DNA from: Sphingomonadaceae bacterium | GTDB lineage: Bacteria > Pseudomonadota > Alphaproteobacteria > Sphingomonadales > Sphingomonadaceae | Length of the DNA stretch: 64,000 bases | Direction: 5' to 3' | Assembly (NCBI GenBank): GCA_965283845.1 | Contig: CBDIQD010000014.1 | Location: forward strand, 13,416-77,415 | Shown: positions 54,955-64,000 of the stretch, piece by piece | How the letters are laid out: every line of letters begins with the position of its first letter | Numbering within the stretch: the first letter of the stretch is position 1 | Position numbers and translations under genes: made by a program | The notes under the pieces: model-generated | Databases searched by the model: none | Told to the model about the DNA's origin: nothing | Seen by the model: only the letters and a program-made list of their open reading frames with translations

Positions 54955-56127
54955 TCAGCCGAGCCGCGTTTTGAAATCCTCGTATCCGAATTCACGAACC
55001 AACGTCAGTTCGTCGCTTTCGCTGTCCCACAGCCAGATCGACGGCAGCGGAACACCGTTGAAGGTGTTGGTCTTGACCATCGAATAATGCGCCTGGTCGA
55101 GGAAGGCGAAACGCTGGCCGATGCGGGCGCCACCGGGCAGGCGGTAATCGCCGATGACGTCGCCGGCGAGGCACGATGGGCCGCCGAGCCGCGTTGCCAT
55201 GCCTTCGCTCCCTTCATCGAACATCGCGGGCCGATAAGGCGCCTCGATCACGTCGGGCATGTGGCAGGTGGCGGATATGTCGGTGATGCCGATCGGCATG
55301 CCGTTGTCGAACAGGTCGAGCACCTCGCCCACCAGGATGCCGGCGTCGAGTGCGATCGCCTCGCCGGGTTCGATCATCACGTCGCAATCGGTCGAAGCGC
55401 GCACCTGTTTCAGGAACGCGATCAGATCGTCGATTTGGTAATCGGCGCGGGTCACATGATGGCCACCGCCGAAGTTGATCCATTTGAGCTGGGTGAAGAA
55501 AGGGCGCAGCATCGGCTGGACGGCTTCCCAGGTGCGCGCGAGCGGCGGGAAATCCTGTTCGCACAGGCTGTGCATATGGACGCCGTCGATGCCCTCCATA
55601 TGCTCGGGGAGCAGTTGGGTCACGGGGAAGCCAAGGCGGCTGCACGGGGCGGCGGGATCGTATTTGGCGACCTCGCCCTCGCTGTGCATCGGGTTGATGC
55701 GCAGCCCGACGTCGAAGGTCGCACCCTGCGCGCGAAGGTCGTCGAGGAGCGGGCGGAAGCGCGCGATCTGGCCGGGCGAGTTAAAGATCAGATGATCGGA
55801 CAGCGCTGCGATTTCGGGCAGGTCGGCTTCCTTGTAGCCAGCGCAATAGGTCGCGACCTCACCGCCATATTCGGCGCGGCCCAGCTTGGCCTCGTAGAGG
55901 CCCGAGGCGCAGACGCCGTCGAGATACTCGGTGATGGTGGCGCCGAGCGACCACATCGAAAACGCCTTGAGCGCCGCGAGCACGCGCGCACCCGACGCAT
56001 CGCCGATGCCACGCAGCACCGACAGATTGGCGCGCACCTTCGCCGCGTCGACCACGAACGCGGGCGAGGGGACGCGGGTCAGGTCGAAATGGGCAAAGGC
56101 CCCGGGGTCGCCGGCTCTGGTTTCCAT
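54955..56127 (-). CDS. nspC: Carboxy(nor)spermidine decarboxylase
   Basis: ALKAFS, ASGLYEA, SRLG, HSLCE, NFGGGHH, EPGE, SCLAGD, HYSMVKTNTFNG. Confidence 0.93.
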   Translation of the reverse strand: METRAGDPGAFAHFDLTRVPSPAFVVDAAKVRANLSVLRGIGDASGARVLAALKAFSMWSLGATITEYLDGVCASGLYEAKLGRAEYGGEVATYCAGYKEADLPEIAALSDHLIFNSPGQIARFRPLLDDLRAQGATFDVGLRINPMHSEGEVAKYDPAAPCSRLGFPVTQLLPEHMEGIDGVHMHSLCEQDFPPLARTWEAVQPMLRPFFTQLKWINFGGGHHVTRADYQIDDLIAFLKQVRASTDCDVMIEPGEAIALDAGILVGEVLDLFDNGMPIGITDISATCHMPDVIEAPYRPAMFDEGSEGMATRLGGPSCLAGDVIGDYRLPGGARIGQRFAFLDQAHYSMVKTNTFNGVPLPSIWLWDSESDELTLVREFGYEDFKTRLG

Positions 56128-56211
56128 GAGCGGGCATGTAAGGGGTTTGGCGCCGGGAAGGAAGGGGGGAGGGCGCGGGGGCGCTTCAAATGCCGCCCGA
56201 CAACCGCGGCG

Positions 56212-57214
56212 CTAGGCCACCGGCACCTTCACATTCCCCGCCGCGGTCTGGACCGAATAGCTGAAGGGCGTGTCCGCCCATCCCGTCTTGGCGCCGCCGT
56301 GCATGCCGTCGCGGCGGATCACCGCGATGCCGCCGTCGATCCTGTAGCCCGCGTCTGCGATCCGCTGGATCGTCGCTTCGGCGGCTGCCTGCGGCTCCAT
56401 GCCGCCGCGCATCAACTCGACCGCGTGATAGGTCGGCAGAAACCGCATCATCACGTCGCCATTTCCCGTGGCGACCGCGGCGCCGACCGCCTGGTCGACA
56501 TAGGCGCCGGCGCCGATGATCGGCGAATCGCCGACGCGGCCCGGAATCTTGAATTCGCGCCCGTTGGTCGAACAGCCGACGCACAGATTTCCGGCGGCGT
56601 CGAGGGCGATGCTGCCGACCGTATCGTGGCCGACCAACTTGGGATCCTTGCCGATCGGCTCGGGATCAAACGCGTTTGTCTTCTCGCCTTTTGCCGCCCA
56701 TTTGTCCCACGCCTGTTGCGACCACCCATACCAGCGAGGTTTCGGTGAAGCCCAGGTCGATGCCGAAGCGCGTCGCGTCGTCGCCGACGATCAGGCTGTG
56801 CTGGGCGACCGAAATCACCTTGCGCGCGACCGAGATCGCTTTTTTGACGCGCTTCAGGCAACCGACGGCGCCGGCATCGTGGGTCGGTCCCCACATGATC
56901 ATCGCATCAAGCGTCGTTTCGCCGACTTCGTTCGGAACCCCGCCGGCGCCGACCCAGTAATCGCCGAGCAATTCGACATGGTTGATCGCCTTCTCGACCA
57001 CGTCGAGCGCCGACGCGCCCGCGGCGAGCATCGGCCAACCGATCGCGTTGGCGCCGGGTCCGAAATCCCATGTCGTCAGGATGAACGGCTTGCCGGTCGG
57101 GATCGCCTTTGGTTTCGCGGGTTTGGCCGAAGCCTGCGATGCGCCGAGGGCGGCCAGTCCTGCCGCGCCGGCGCCGAATGCCCGCCGTGAAATGCCCCTG
57201 TCATCTGTCGCCAT
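56212..57214 (-). CDS. Tat-exported N4-(beta-N-acetylglucosaminyl)-L-asparaginase (Ntn hydrolase; frameshifts ~56670-56730)
   Basis: ISRRAFG leader, TTW, TLDAMIM, GHD/TVG autocleavage site, PGRVGDSPIIGAG, TGNG. Confidence 0.85.
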
Positions 57215-57252
57215 CGCCCATCCTCCGTCGCGCGAGGCTAGCGCGATGACAG

Positions 57253-57621
57253 TCAGGCCGCAATCGGTCCCTTGAAGATGAAAAAGGCCCCCGCCGCGAT
57301 CAGTCCAAAGCCGACGAGATGGTTCAAGGTCAGCTTCTCGCCGAGCCAGAAGACTGCGAAACTGGCGAAGATCAGCAGCGTGATCACCTCTTGCAAGGTC
57401 TTGAGTTCGGCGGCGGTGTAGACGCCATATCCGATGCGGTTCGCCGGCACCGCGAGGCAATATTCGAAGAAGGCGATGCCCCACGCGATCAACACCGCCA
57501 ACCACAGCGGCCGCGACAGGTTCTTGAGGTGCCCATACCAGGCAAAGGTCATGAAGATGTTGCTGGCGGTGAGCAGCAGCACCGTTTGCAGCGAGATGGG
57601 CAGGGACTGGAGCGCGTTCAT
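57253..57621 (-). CDS. DMT family small membrane protein
   Basis: SNIFMTFAWYGHLK, WGIAFFEY, VPANRIG, LKTLQEVITL. Confidence 0.9.
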   Translation of the reverse strand: MNALQSLPISLQTVLLLTASNIFMTFAWYGHLKNLSRPLWLAVLIAWGIAFFEYCLAVPANRIGYGVYTAAELKTLQEVITLLIFASFAVFWLGEKLTLNHLVGFGLIAAGAFFIFKGPIAA

Positions 57622-58684
57622 GGTGAGGCGTCAGGGCTGAGAGAGTGAACGAATCGATCGATTATGACCATCGGCATATGCGCCGAATGTTCGAGCCACA
57701 CGAGCTTCTTCGAAGGCGCCTTAACCTGTCCGAACCACCGAGCCGCCACTGGCGACGGGACGGTATAGTCGTGCCGCCCGAGCAGAAAGACGATTGGCAC
57801 GTCCATCGTCTTAACCCGCGTGAAGCTGACGTCGGCGAGGCGCGGCCAGATCGTCGTGACCGAAAATTCGCTGCCCTTACCCCAAGCCTTGCGATCGGCC
57901 TCGCTATATTCGGGCGAGAGGCGCGGGGTCTGAAAATAATAGGTGAGGTCGGGCTTGCTTGCCATCAGCGAGCCATAGGGAATCGCATATTTGCGCCAGC
58001 CGTCGGCCTTGGCGATCGTAAATTCGCCCGCCGGATAGGGGGCGAGCGCATCGATCGCAGCGACGGCCGCCTTGTCACCCGCGGCAAGCGCCTTGGCGCG
58101 TGTCCACGCCATGCCGGCCTTTTCGCCTTCGCGAAAGTCGATGGCCTGACCGACGCCGACATAGGCGTAGAGCAGGTCGGGGCGCTTGATTGCGACCGAC
58201 AGGCCGACGATCGAGCCCCAGCTATGGCCCAGCAGCACGACCTTGCGCTTGCCATAGCGTTTCTTGAGCAGATCGATCAGTTCGATCGCGTCGTCGCGGT
58301 AGCGATCGACAGTCATCGTCGGGGCGAGGGTCGCAGGATCGTTCAGCGGATAGGAACGCCCGGCGCCGCGCTGGTCATACTGGACGACGGTGAACACGTC
58401 TTCCCACGGGCGTTGAAGGCCCAGGCGAACGGCATCTCGACCGCGCCGGGACCGCCGTGGACAAAGACCAGGATCGGGTTGGCCTTGTCCGAACCGCGCA
58501 CATTGACGACCTGCCGCGCGCCGCCAAGCGTCGCCTCGAAGGTTTCCTGCACGCCATTGGGCGTGACGATCTTGCCGACGTCGGCGACGATGGCGCGCGC
58601 CGGGGCGTAGGCATCGTCGGTTTGGGCGGCGGCTGGGGCGGAGAGGGCGGCAAGCAGGGAAAGCGCTGTAATTCGGAGATTCAT
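57618..58684 (-). CDS. Secreted alpha/beta hydrolase, proline iminopeptidase-like (frameshift near 58410; garbled 3' end)
   Basis: Signal peptide, VHGGPG, DQRGAG, GHSWG, SAH. Confidence 0.85.
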
Positions 58685-58695
58685 GACCGACGACC

Positions 58696-58771
58696 TTTCG
58701 TCATTCCCGCGAAAGCGGGAACCCAGTTCCGGCGTTGCTACTGGGTTCCCGCTTTCGCGGAAATGACGAAA
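58696..58771. repeat. CGTC-type REP dimer
   Basis: TTTCGTCATTCCCGCGAAAGCGGGAACCCAG...CTGGGTTCCCGCTTTCGCGGAAATGACGAAA. Confidence 0.85.
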
Positions 58772-58783
58772 TTTCAAAGCCGA

Positions 58784-59994
58784 TCAGAAATCGAGCGGTC
58801 CGTCGAGTTCCTTCACCTGCCACGGCAAGCCATGGTTGTTCAGCATGTCCATGAACGGATCGGGATCCAGCTGTTCCATGTTGAATACGCCGTCGCCGCT
58901 CCATGTGCCCGTCACCATCATTGCCGCCCCGATCATCGCGGGGACGCCGGTGGTATAGCTGACCGCCTGGTTACCGGTTTCGGCATAGGCATCCTCATGG
59001 TCGCAGATATTGTAGAGGTAGAGCGTCTTTTCCTTGCCGTCTTGGCCGAGGCCGGTGGCGATGACGCCGATGTTGGTCTTGCCCTTTGTCGTCTCGCCCA
59101 GGCTCGACGGTTCGGGCAGCACGGCTTTCAGGAATTGCAGCGGGACGATCTCGCGCCCTTCGTAGATCACCGGGTCGATGCGCGTCATGCCGACGTTCTG
59201 CAGCACGTTGAGGTGGGTGATATACGCCTCGCCAAAGGTCATCCAGAATCGGATGCGCTGGATTTCGGGCAGGTGCGTCTTCAGGCTTTCGATTTCTTCA
59301 TGATACATGAGGTACATCGTCTTGGGCCCGACAGCCTCGAAATCGAACTGCTGCTTCACCGACATCGGCGGGGTTTCGACCCAGTCGCCATTTTCCCAGT
59401 GGCGCGCGACCGCGGTCACTTCGCGAATGTTGATTTCGGGATTGAAGTTGGTCGCAAAATGCTGGCCGTGATCGCCGCCGTTGCAGTCGAGGATGTCGAG
59501 CGTGTCGATGCGCGCGAAATGATGCTTTTTCAGCCAGGTCGTAAAGACGCTGGTCACCCCGGGGTCGAAGCCCGACCCGAGCAGCGCCATCAGCCCGGCG
59601 TCCTTGAAGCGGTCGTGATAGGCCCATTGCCAATGATATTCGAACTTCGCCTCGTCGCGCGGCTCGTAATTCGCGGTGTCCATATAATGGGCGCCGGTCG
59701 ACAGGCACGCCTCCATGATCGTCAGATCCTGATAGGGCAGCGCAAGCTATACGCAGCGCGGGCCGGGCCGATGTCGCGGATCAGCGCCGCGGTCGCATCG
59801 ATATGGTCGGCATCGACCTCTGCGGTCCTGATCGTGACGCCGGTGCGCGCCAGCACCGACTCGGCGACCGCATCGCATTTGAACTTGCGGCGGCTGGCCA
59901 GCGTGATGTCGGGAAAGATGTCGGCGTTCATTGCCATTTTATGCACCGCGACCGAACCGACGCCGCCTGCGCCGATCACCAGAACCTTGCTCAT
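58784..59994 (-). CDS. Carboxy(nor)spermidine dehydrogenase (saccharopine dehydrogenase family; frameshift/garbled ~59720-59770)
   Basis: VLVIGAGGVG, YMDTANYE, GSGFDPG, ATNFNPEINIRE, VSYTTGVPA. Confidence 0.9.
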
Positions 59995-60059
59995 GAAAAA
60001 TCTCCTGTCGCGGACCTTTGCCGCCTTGTCTTGTATGACCGGCCCTATAGGACGAAGCC

Positions 60060-61042
60060 ATGACACAGCAAAGCCCCGATCCCCTGCTCAACCCCAATCG
60101 CGCGCCGACGCTGGCTGGCATCGCACGGGCCGCTGCGGCGGTGCCCTGCGCCTGCCGCTGACGCCGCTGCTGCTCCTCGACATCGACGGCCGGCGATCTG
60201 GTGCAAGGCCGAATGCCTGCAACCCGTCGGGGCGTTCAAGATCCGACGGCGCGTGGCACGCGGCTGAGCGACCTGACCCCCGAACAAGCGGCGGCCGGGG
60301 TGGTCGGGGGCCGAACGAAGGCGAGGGTCGGCGCGAGTCGATTAGGCTGCGGCATCGACGGCGCACGATCGTGATGCCGAGCAATGCGCCCAAGATGAAG
60401 CTCGCCGCGACGCGGGCGCTGGGGGCCGACGTTGTCCTGTACGACCGGGTGAGCGAATCGCGCGACGCGGTGGCGGCCAAACTGCTCAACGAGCGCGGCG
60501 GGACGCTGGTCCATGCCTATGGCGACCCGTGGATCATCGAGGGGCAGGGGAGCGCCGGGATCGAGGCGCGGGCGCAGCTGGCGGCGCGCGGCGTGGCTGG
60601 ACCCGACCAGGTGATCGCGTGCTGCGGCGGGGGCGGCCTGTCGGCAGGGCTGGCGCTCGCCTGTCCCGACGCCGAGATTATCGCGGTCGAGCCCGAGGGC
60701 TGGGACGATGTGACGCGCAGTCTGGCGGCGGGCGAAATCCTGTCGGTCGACGACCTGGCCTATCCGACCGAATGTGACGCGTTGCAGACGCCGCAAACCT
60801 GGCCGATCAATTTTGCGGTGCTGCAGGCGCGTGGGGTGTGCGGGGTCGTCGTGACGCGCGAGGAGGTGCGCCATGCGATGCGGGTGGCGTTCGAACGGCT
60901 CCACCTGGTTATCGAACCTGGCGGTGCGGCGGCGCTGGCGGCGGTGCTGGCGGGCAAGATTGAGCTGGGCGAGGCGACATTGGTTACCCTGTCGGGGGGC
61001 AATGTCGACCCGCAGCATTATGCCGAGATATTGGCGGCATAG
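60060..61042 (+). CDS. Threonine/serine dehydratase family PLP enzyme (garbled 5' part)
   Basis: KAECLQPVGAFKIR readable at ~60205-60245; IVMP, GQGS, CCGGGGL, EPGGAAALA, SGGNVD. Confidence 0.85.
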
Positions 61043-61090
61043 CGGAAACTTTTGTGCGAACATGCGTTGGGATGGCAAAGGAGAAGCAAG

Positions 61091-61539
61091 ATGCGGAAGA
61101 GCATGATTTTGGCCAGCGCGGCGGCGCTGGTGGTGCTGGCGGGCTGCGAAAAGGCCGAGGCGCCCGCACCGGCGCCGGCCGATACGGCGGCGACTGAGGT
61201 TCCGGCCGAAACCGCGCCGCCCGCAGGCGCCGAGGCGACCGACCCCGCGACCGCGCCGCATCGCTTTGCGAGCTGGGCGGGCAAATGGACGGGGGTCGAG
61301 GGCATGTATGCGACGATCACCACCGCCGAACCCGGCAAGTACAAGCTGGAGATGCAGTCGGATCTCGACACCAAGGGCACCTATGACGGCATCGACAGCG
61401 AGCATGGCATCAAGTTCAAGCGCGGCGCCGATGAACTGTCGTTGACCCGCGCCAGCGGTGATGAGATCGGCCTGAAATATCTCGCCGGCAAAAGGAATGT
61501 CTGAAGGTCAAGGACGGCGAGGGATATTGCCGCGATTGA
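61091..61539 (+). CDS. Hypothetical lipoprotein (frameshift near 61492)
   Basis: Lipobox VLAGC, Pro/Ala linker, WTGVEG; ends CLKVKDGEGYCRD* in the shifted frame. Confidence 0.75.
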
Positions 61540-61666
61540 TCGTCATAGCGAACCAAGATCGTCGTTCCCGTGCAAGCGCGAACGACGATCGGGGTGGGCA
61601 GTATCCATCGGATCGGCGCTGCGGCCGTAGCTGCGCTGCTCGAAACGGACTGGCTGCGATCGGGAC

Positions 61667-62254
61667 GTGGATGTCATGCAACGGCCATCGAGCGCAGACG
61701 AGGCGCGGACACGGCTGGCGGCGGCGCTGGCGGCGGTCGGGCGCGGCGACCGTTGGGCACTCCGCCAAGTGTATGACATGACTTCGGCGAAACTATTTGG
61801 AATCTGTCTCCGTATCTGTGGCGAGAGGGCCAGTGCGGAGGATGTGTTGCAGACCGTCTACATCAAGGTGTGGGAACGCGCGGGGCAGTTCGATGCGACG
61901 CGCGCCAGCCCGATCACGTGGCTGGCGACGATCGCGCGCAATGGCGCGATCGACTGGCGGCGGTCGGCTGCTGGCCGGGCGGTGCGCGACACCTTGCCCG
62001 AACAGGCTGCGCTTGCGGTGGCCGACGACGCGCCGCGCGCCGATCAGCAGTTGATGGTCGCCGAGGATGGCGAACGGCTGGACCGCTGCCTTGGTGAGCT
62101 CGAAGACCGCACCCGGTCGTGCGTCCGCGCGGCCTTTTTCGACGGGTTGACCTATGCCGAGCTTGCAGCGCGCGAGAATATCCCGTTGGGAACGATGAAA
62201 AGCTGGATACGGCGCGGATTGCTGCGCCTGAAGGATTGTCTTGGCGATGGATGA
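61667..62254 (+). CDS. ECF sigma factor, SigK-like
   Basis: AEDVLQ, WLATIARN, LTYAELA...PLGTMKSWIRRGL. Confidence 0.92.
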   Translation: MDVMQRPSSADEARTRLAAALAAVGRGDRWALRQVYDMTSAKLFGICLRICGERASAEDVLQTVYIKVWERAGQFDATRASPITWLATIARNGAIDWRRSAAGRAVRDTLPEQAALAVADDAPRADQQLMVAEDGERLDRCLGELEDRTRSCVRAAFFDGLTYAELAARENIPLGTMKSWIRRGLLRLKDCLGDG

Positions 62255-62953
62255 CCATCTGACGCCCGCCGAAGAGCGCGATGCGCTCGCTGCCGAACTG
62301 GCGCTGGGTTTGCTTGAGGGGCAGGCGCGCGCCGATGCGCTGCGGCTCGCGCTGAGCGATCCCGCGTTTGCGGCGCTCGTCGCGGGGTGGGAAGCCAAGC
62401 TGACGCCGCTGCATAGTGAGTGGGCCGACGCGGCGCCCGGCGACAGGGTGTGGGACGGCATCGCGGCGCAGTTGCCCGAAGCGCGGCCGTCGTCGGTGAC
62501 CGCGATCGAAACGCGTTTGCGCCGCTGGCGCGCCGGCGCGCTGGTGTCGGGCGCGATCGCGGCGGCGTTGGCGCTCGTTCTGATCGCGCAACCCGTAGCG
62601 CCGCCGGCCCCGCCGCGCCGCAGCTCGCGGTCGCGCGGATCGAAAGCGATGCGGCGGGGCCGTTGGTGCTTGCGCGTTATGACCAGACCAACGGCCTGAT
62701 GCGGCTGCGCATTCATGGCTTCGAAGCGGGCCCGCTGGCGCCCGAACTGTGGATTATTCCCGAAGGCGGCGCCCCGGTGTCGCTCGGTCAGATCGCACAT
62801 GCCGGGCAGGCGGAGATGACGATGCCGCCGCCGCACCGCTTGCTGATGACCGAAGGGGCGACGTTGGCGATCACCATGGAGCCGGTGTCGAAGGCGCCGC
62901 ATCCGGCGCCGAGCGGGACACCGGTCGCGGTCGGAAAAATCATCACGATCTGA
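62247..62953 (+). CDS. Anti-sigma factor, RskA family (frameshift near 62615)
   Basis: AELALGLL anti-sigma domain, TM helix, ELWIIP...PVSLG...LAITMEP. Confidence 0.88.
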
Positions 62954-62962
62954 CGCGGCGGT

Positions 62963-62988
62963 GCATCCGCGGGTGGGCCGCTGCCGTA
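62963..62988 (+). promoter_or_regulatory. SigK-type ECF promoter upstream of the fasciclin gene
   Basis: GCATCC-N15-CCGTA. Confidence 0.6.
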
Positions 62989-63040
62989 GCTGCGGCGCAC
63001 CCCGCATTTCCGGGCTGCACCCAACCAGAGGATTGACATC

Positions 63041-63593
63041 ATGCGTAAATTCGCCACCCTTTTGCTCGCCGGTACGATTGCCGTTTCCGCGCTCGCCACC
63101 GCTGCCTATGCCGAAAACCCGATGGTCGGCGGCGCCGCCATGTTTGCCAACAAGAACATCGTCGAGAACGCCGTCAATTCGAAGGACCACACGACGCTGG
63201 TCGCCGCGGTCAAGGCCGCCGGCCTGGTCGAGACCTTGCAGGGCGCCGGGCCGTTCACCGTTTTCGCACCGACCAACGAAGCCTTCGCGGCACTGCCCGC
63301 CGGCACCGTCGATACGCTGCTGCTGCCCGCGCATGGCGACGCTGACGGCGGTGCTGACCTATCATGTCGTGCCCGGCACGCTGACCGCCGCCGATCTGGC
63401 GAAGCAGGCCAAGGCCAATGGCGGCAAGGCCGTACTGACGACCGTTCAGGGCGCGAAGCTGACCGTGTGGGGCAAGGATGGCAAATGGTATGTCACCGAC
63501 GCCAAGGGCGGTCAGGCGCAGATCACCATCGCCGATGTGAAGCAGTCGAACGGCGTGATCCACGTCGTCGATAGCGTTTTGCTGCCGGGCTAA
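63041..63593 (+). CDS. Fasciclin (FAS1) domain protein (frameshift near 63330)
   Basis: Signal peptide, [40 protein letters not shown]. Confidence 0.92.
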
Positions 63594-63600
63594 GTCCCCT

Positions 63601-63660
63601 TTTCCCGGCACAAGTGCGGTCCGTCCTTTTCCTCCCGGGACGGGCCGCATTGCCGGGAAA
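63601..63660. terminator. Long hairpin between convergent genes
   Basis: TTTCCCGGCA..TGCGGTCCGTCC / GGACGGGCCGCA.TGCCGGGAAA. Confidence 0.6.
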
Positions 63661-63667
63661 TGATTGC

Positions 63668-64000
63668 TTAGTCGTCGAAGCCGACGAAGCGCGCGGCGTC
63701 GGCGACGCTCTTGCGGTTCGACACCACCGCATTCGCCGGAAAATCAGCCTCGGGCCAGCCCAGCGCAACACAGATCATGATCACCTGATCGTCGGGAATT
63801 TTGGCGTGTTCGCGCACCACCGGGCTTTGCATGATGCCCTGGCTGTTGATGACGCAGCCGAGCCCGCGCGACCAGGCGGCGTTGACCAGCGCGTTGGTGA
63901 CCGCGCCGCAGTCGAAGGGTGCGATATCGCTGCCCAGCAGGACGCGGTCATAGGTGACGACGATGCTGACCGGCGCGTCGAACTGGCGGAAGCCGCGCAG
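63668..64000 (-). CDS. Nitroreductase family protein, C-terminal part (5'-partial)
   Basis: Read by hand: RGFRQFDAPVSIV...FDCGAVTNALVNAAWSRGLG...VALGWP...FVGFDD*. Confidence 0.85.
   Translation of the reverse strand: MRGFRQFDAPVSIVVTYDRVLLGSDIAPFDCGAVTNALVNAAWSRGLGCVINSQGIMQSPVVREHAKIPDDQVIMICVALGWPEADFPANAVVSNRKSVADAARFVGFDD

Noticed and set aside
58457..61042. 861-aa ORF ending in a dehydratase domain
   Set aside because: The N-terminal two-thirds is antisense to real genes; the dehydratase starts near 60060

Overview
GC-rich alphaproteobacterial chromosome segment, most likely Sphingomonadaceae (Sphingopyxis-like; inferred from gene order, protein sequences and repeat families). It is mainly core genome: glmU/glmS, trpE, ppiD-like, tpiA, secG, pyrG, lolC/lolD, dnaE, moaB, ETF-QO, ispE, ilvD, nnr, an RNA methyltransferase and a polyamine cluster (ornithine decarboxylase, carboxy(nor)spermidine dehydrogenase and decarboxylase). 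About half of the genes, including essential ones, carry frameshifts or garbled patches, which points to an unpolished long-read consensus rather than true pseudogenes. One patch replaces part of a CoA-transferase with an O-antigen-ligase-like fragment. The most notable elements are: (1) a translationally coupled marR-pqqD-HprK-like kinase-nucleotidyltransferase cassette (HPr-rel-A type, RiPP-like tailoring enzymes with no visible precursor) downstream of a TonB-dependent receptor; (2) an accessory hotspot around glmS with a VapBC pair, a low-GC orphan Nmad2-like gene coupled to the glmS stop codon and a DUF6516/HTH toxin-antitoxin pair; (3) three candidate structured RNAs (an alpha-r9-like sRNA, a speF-like leader, and an sRNA divergent from a LuxR regulator); (4) a membrane-anchored LuxR/COG4705 pair; (5) a SigK-like ECF/anti-sigma/fasciclin module with recognisable promoters. 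No rRNA, tRNA, CRISPR array, transposase or integrase was seen. Family names come from motif recognition, not database searches.
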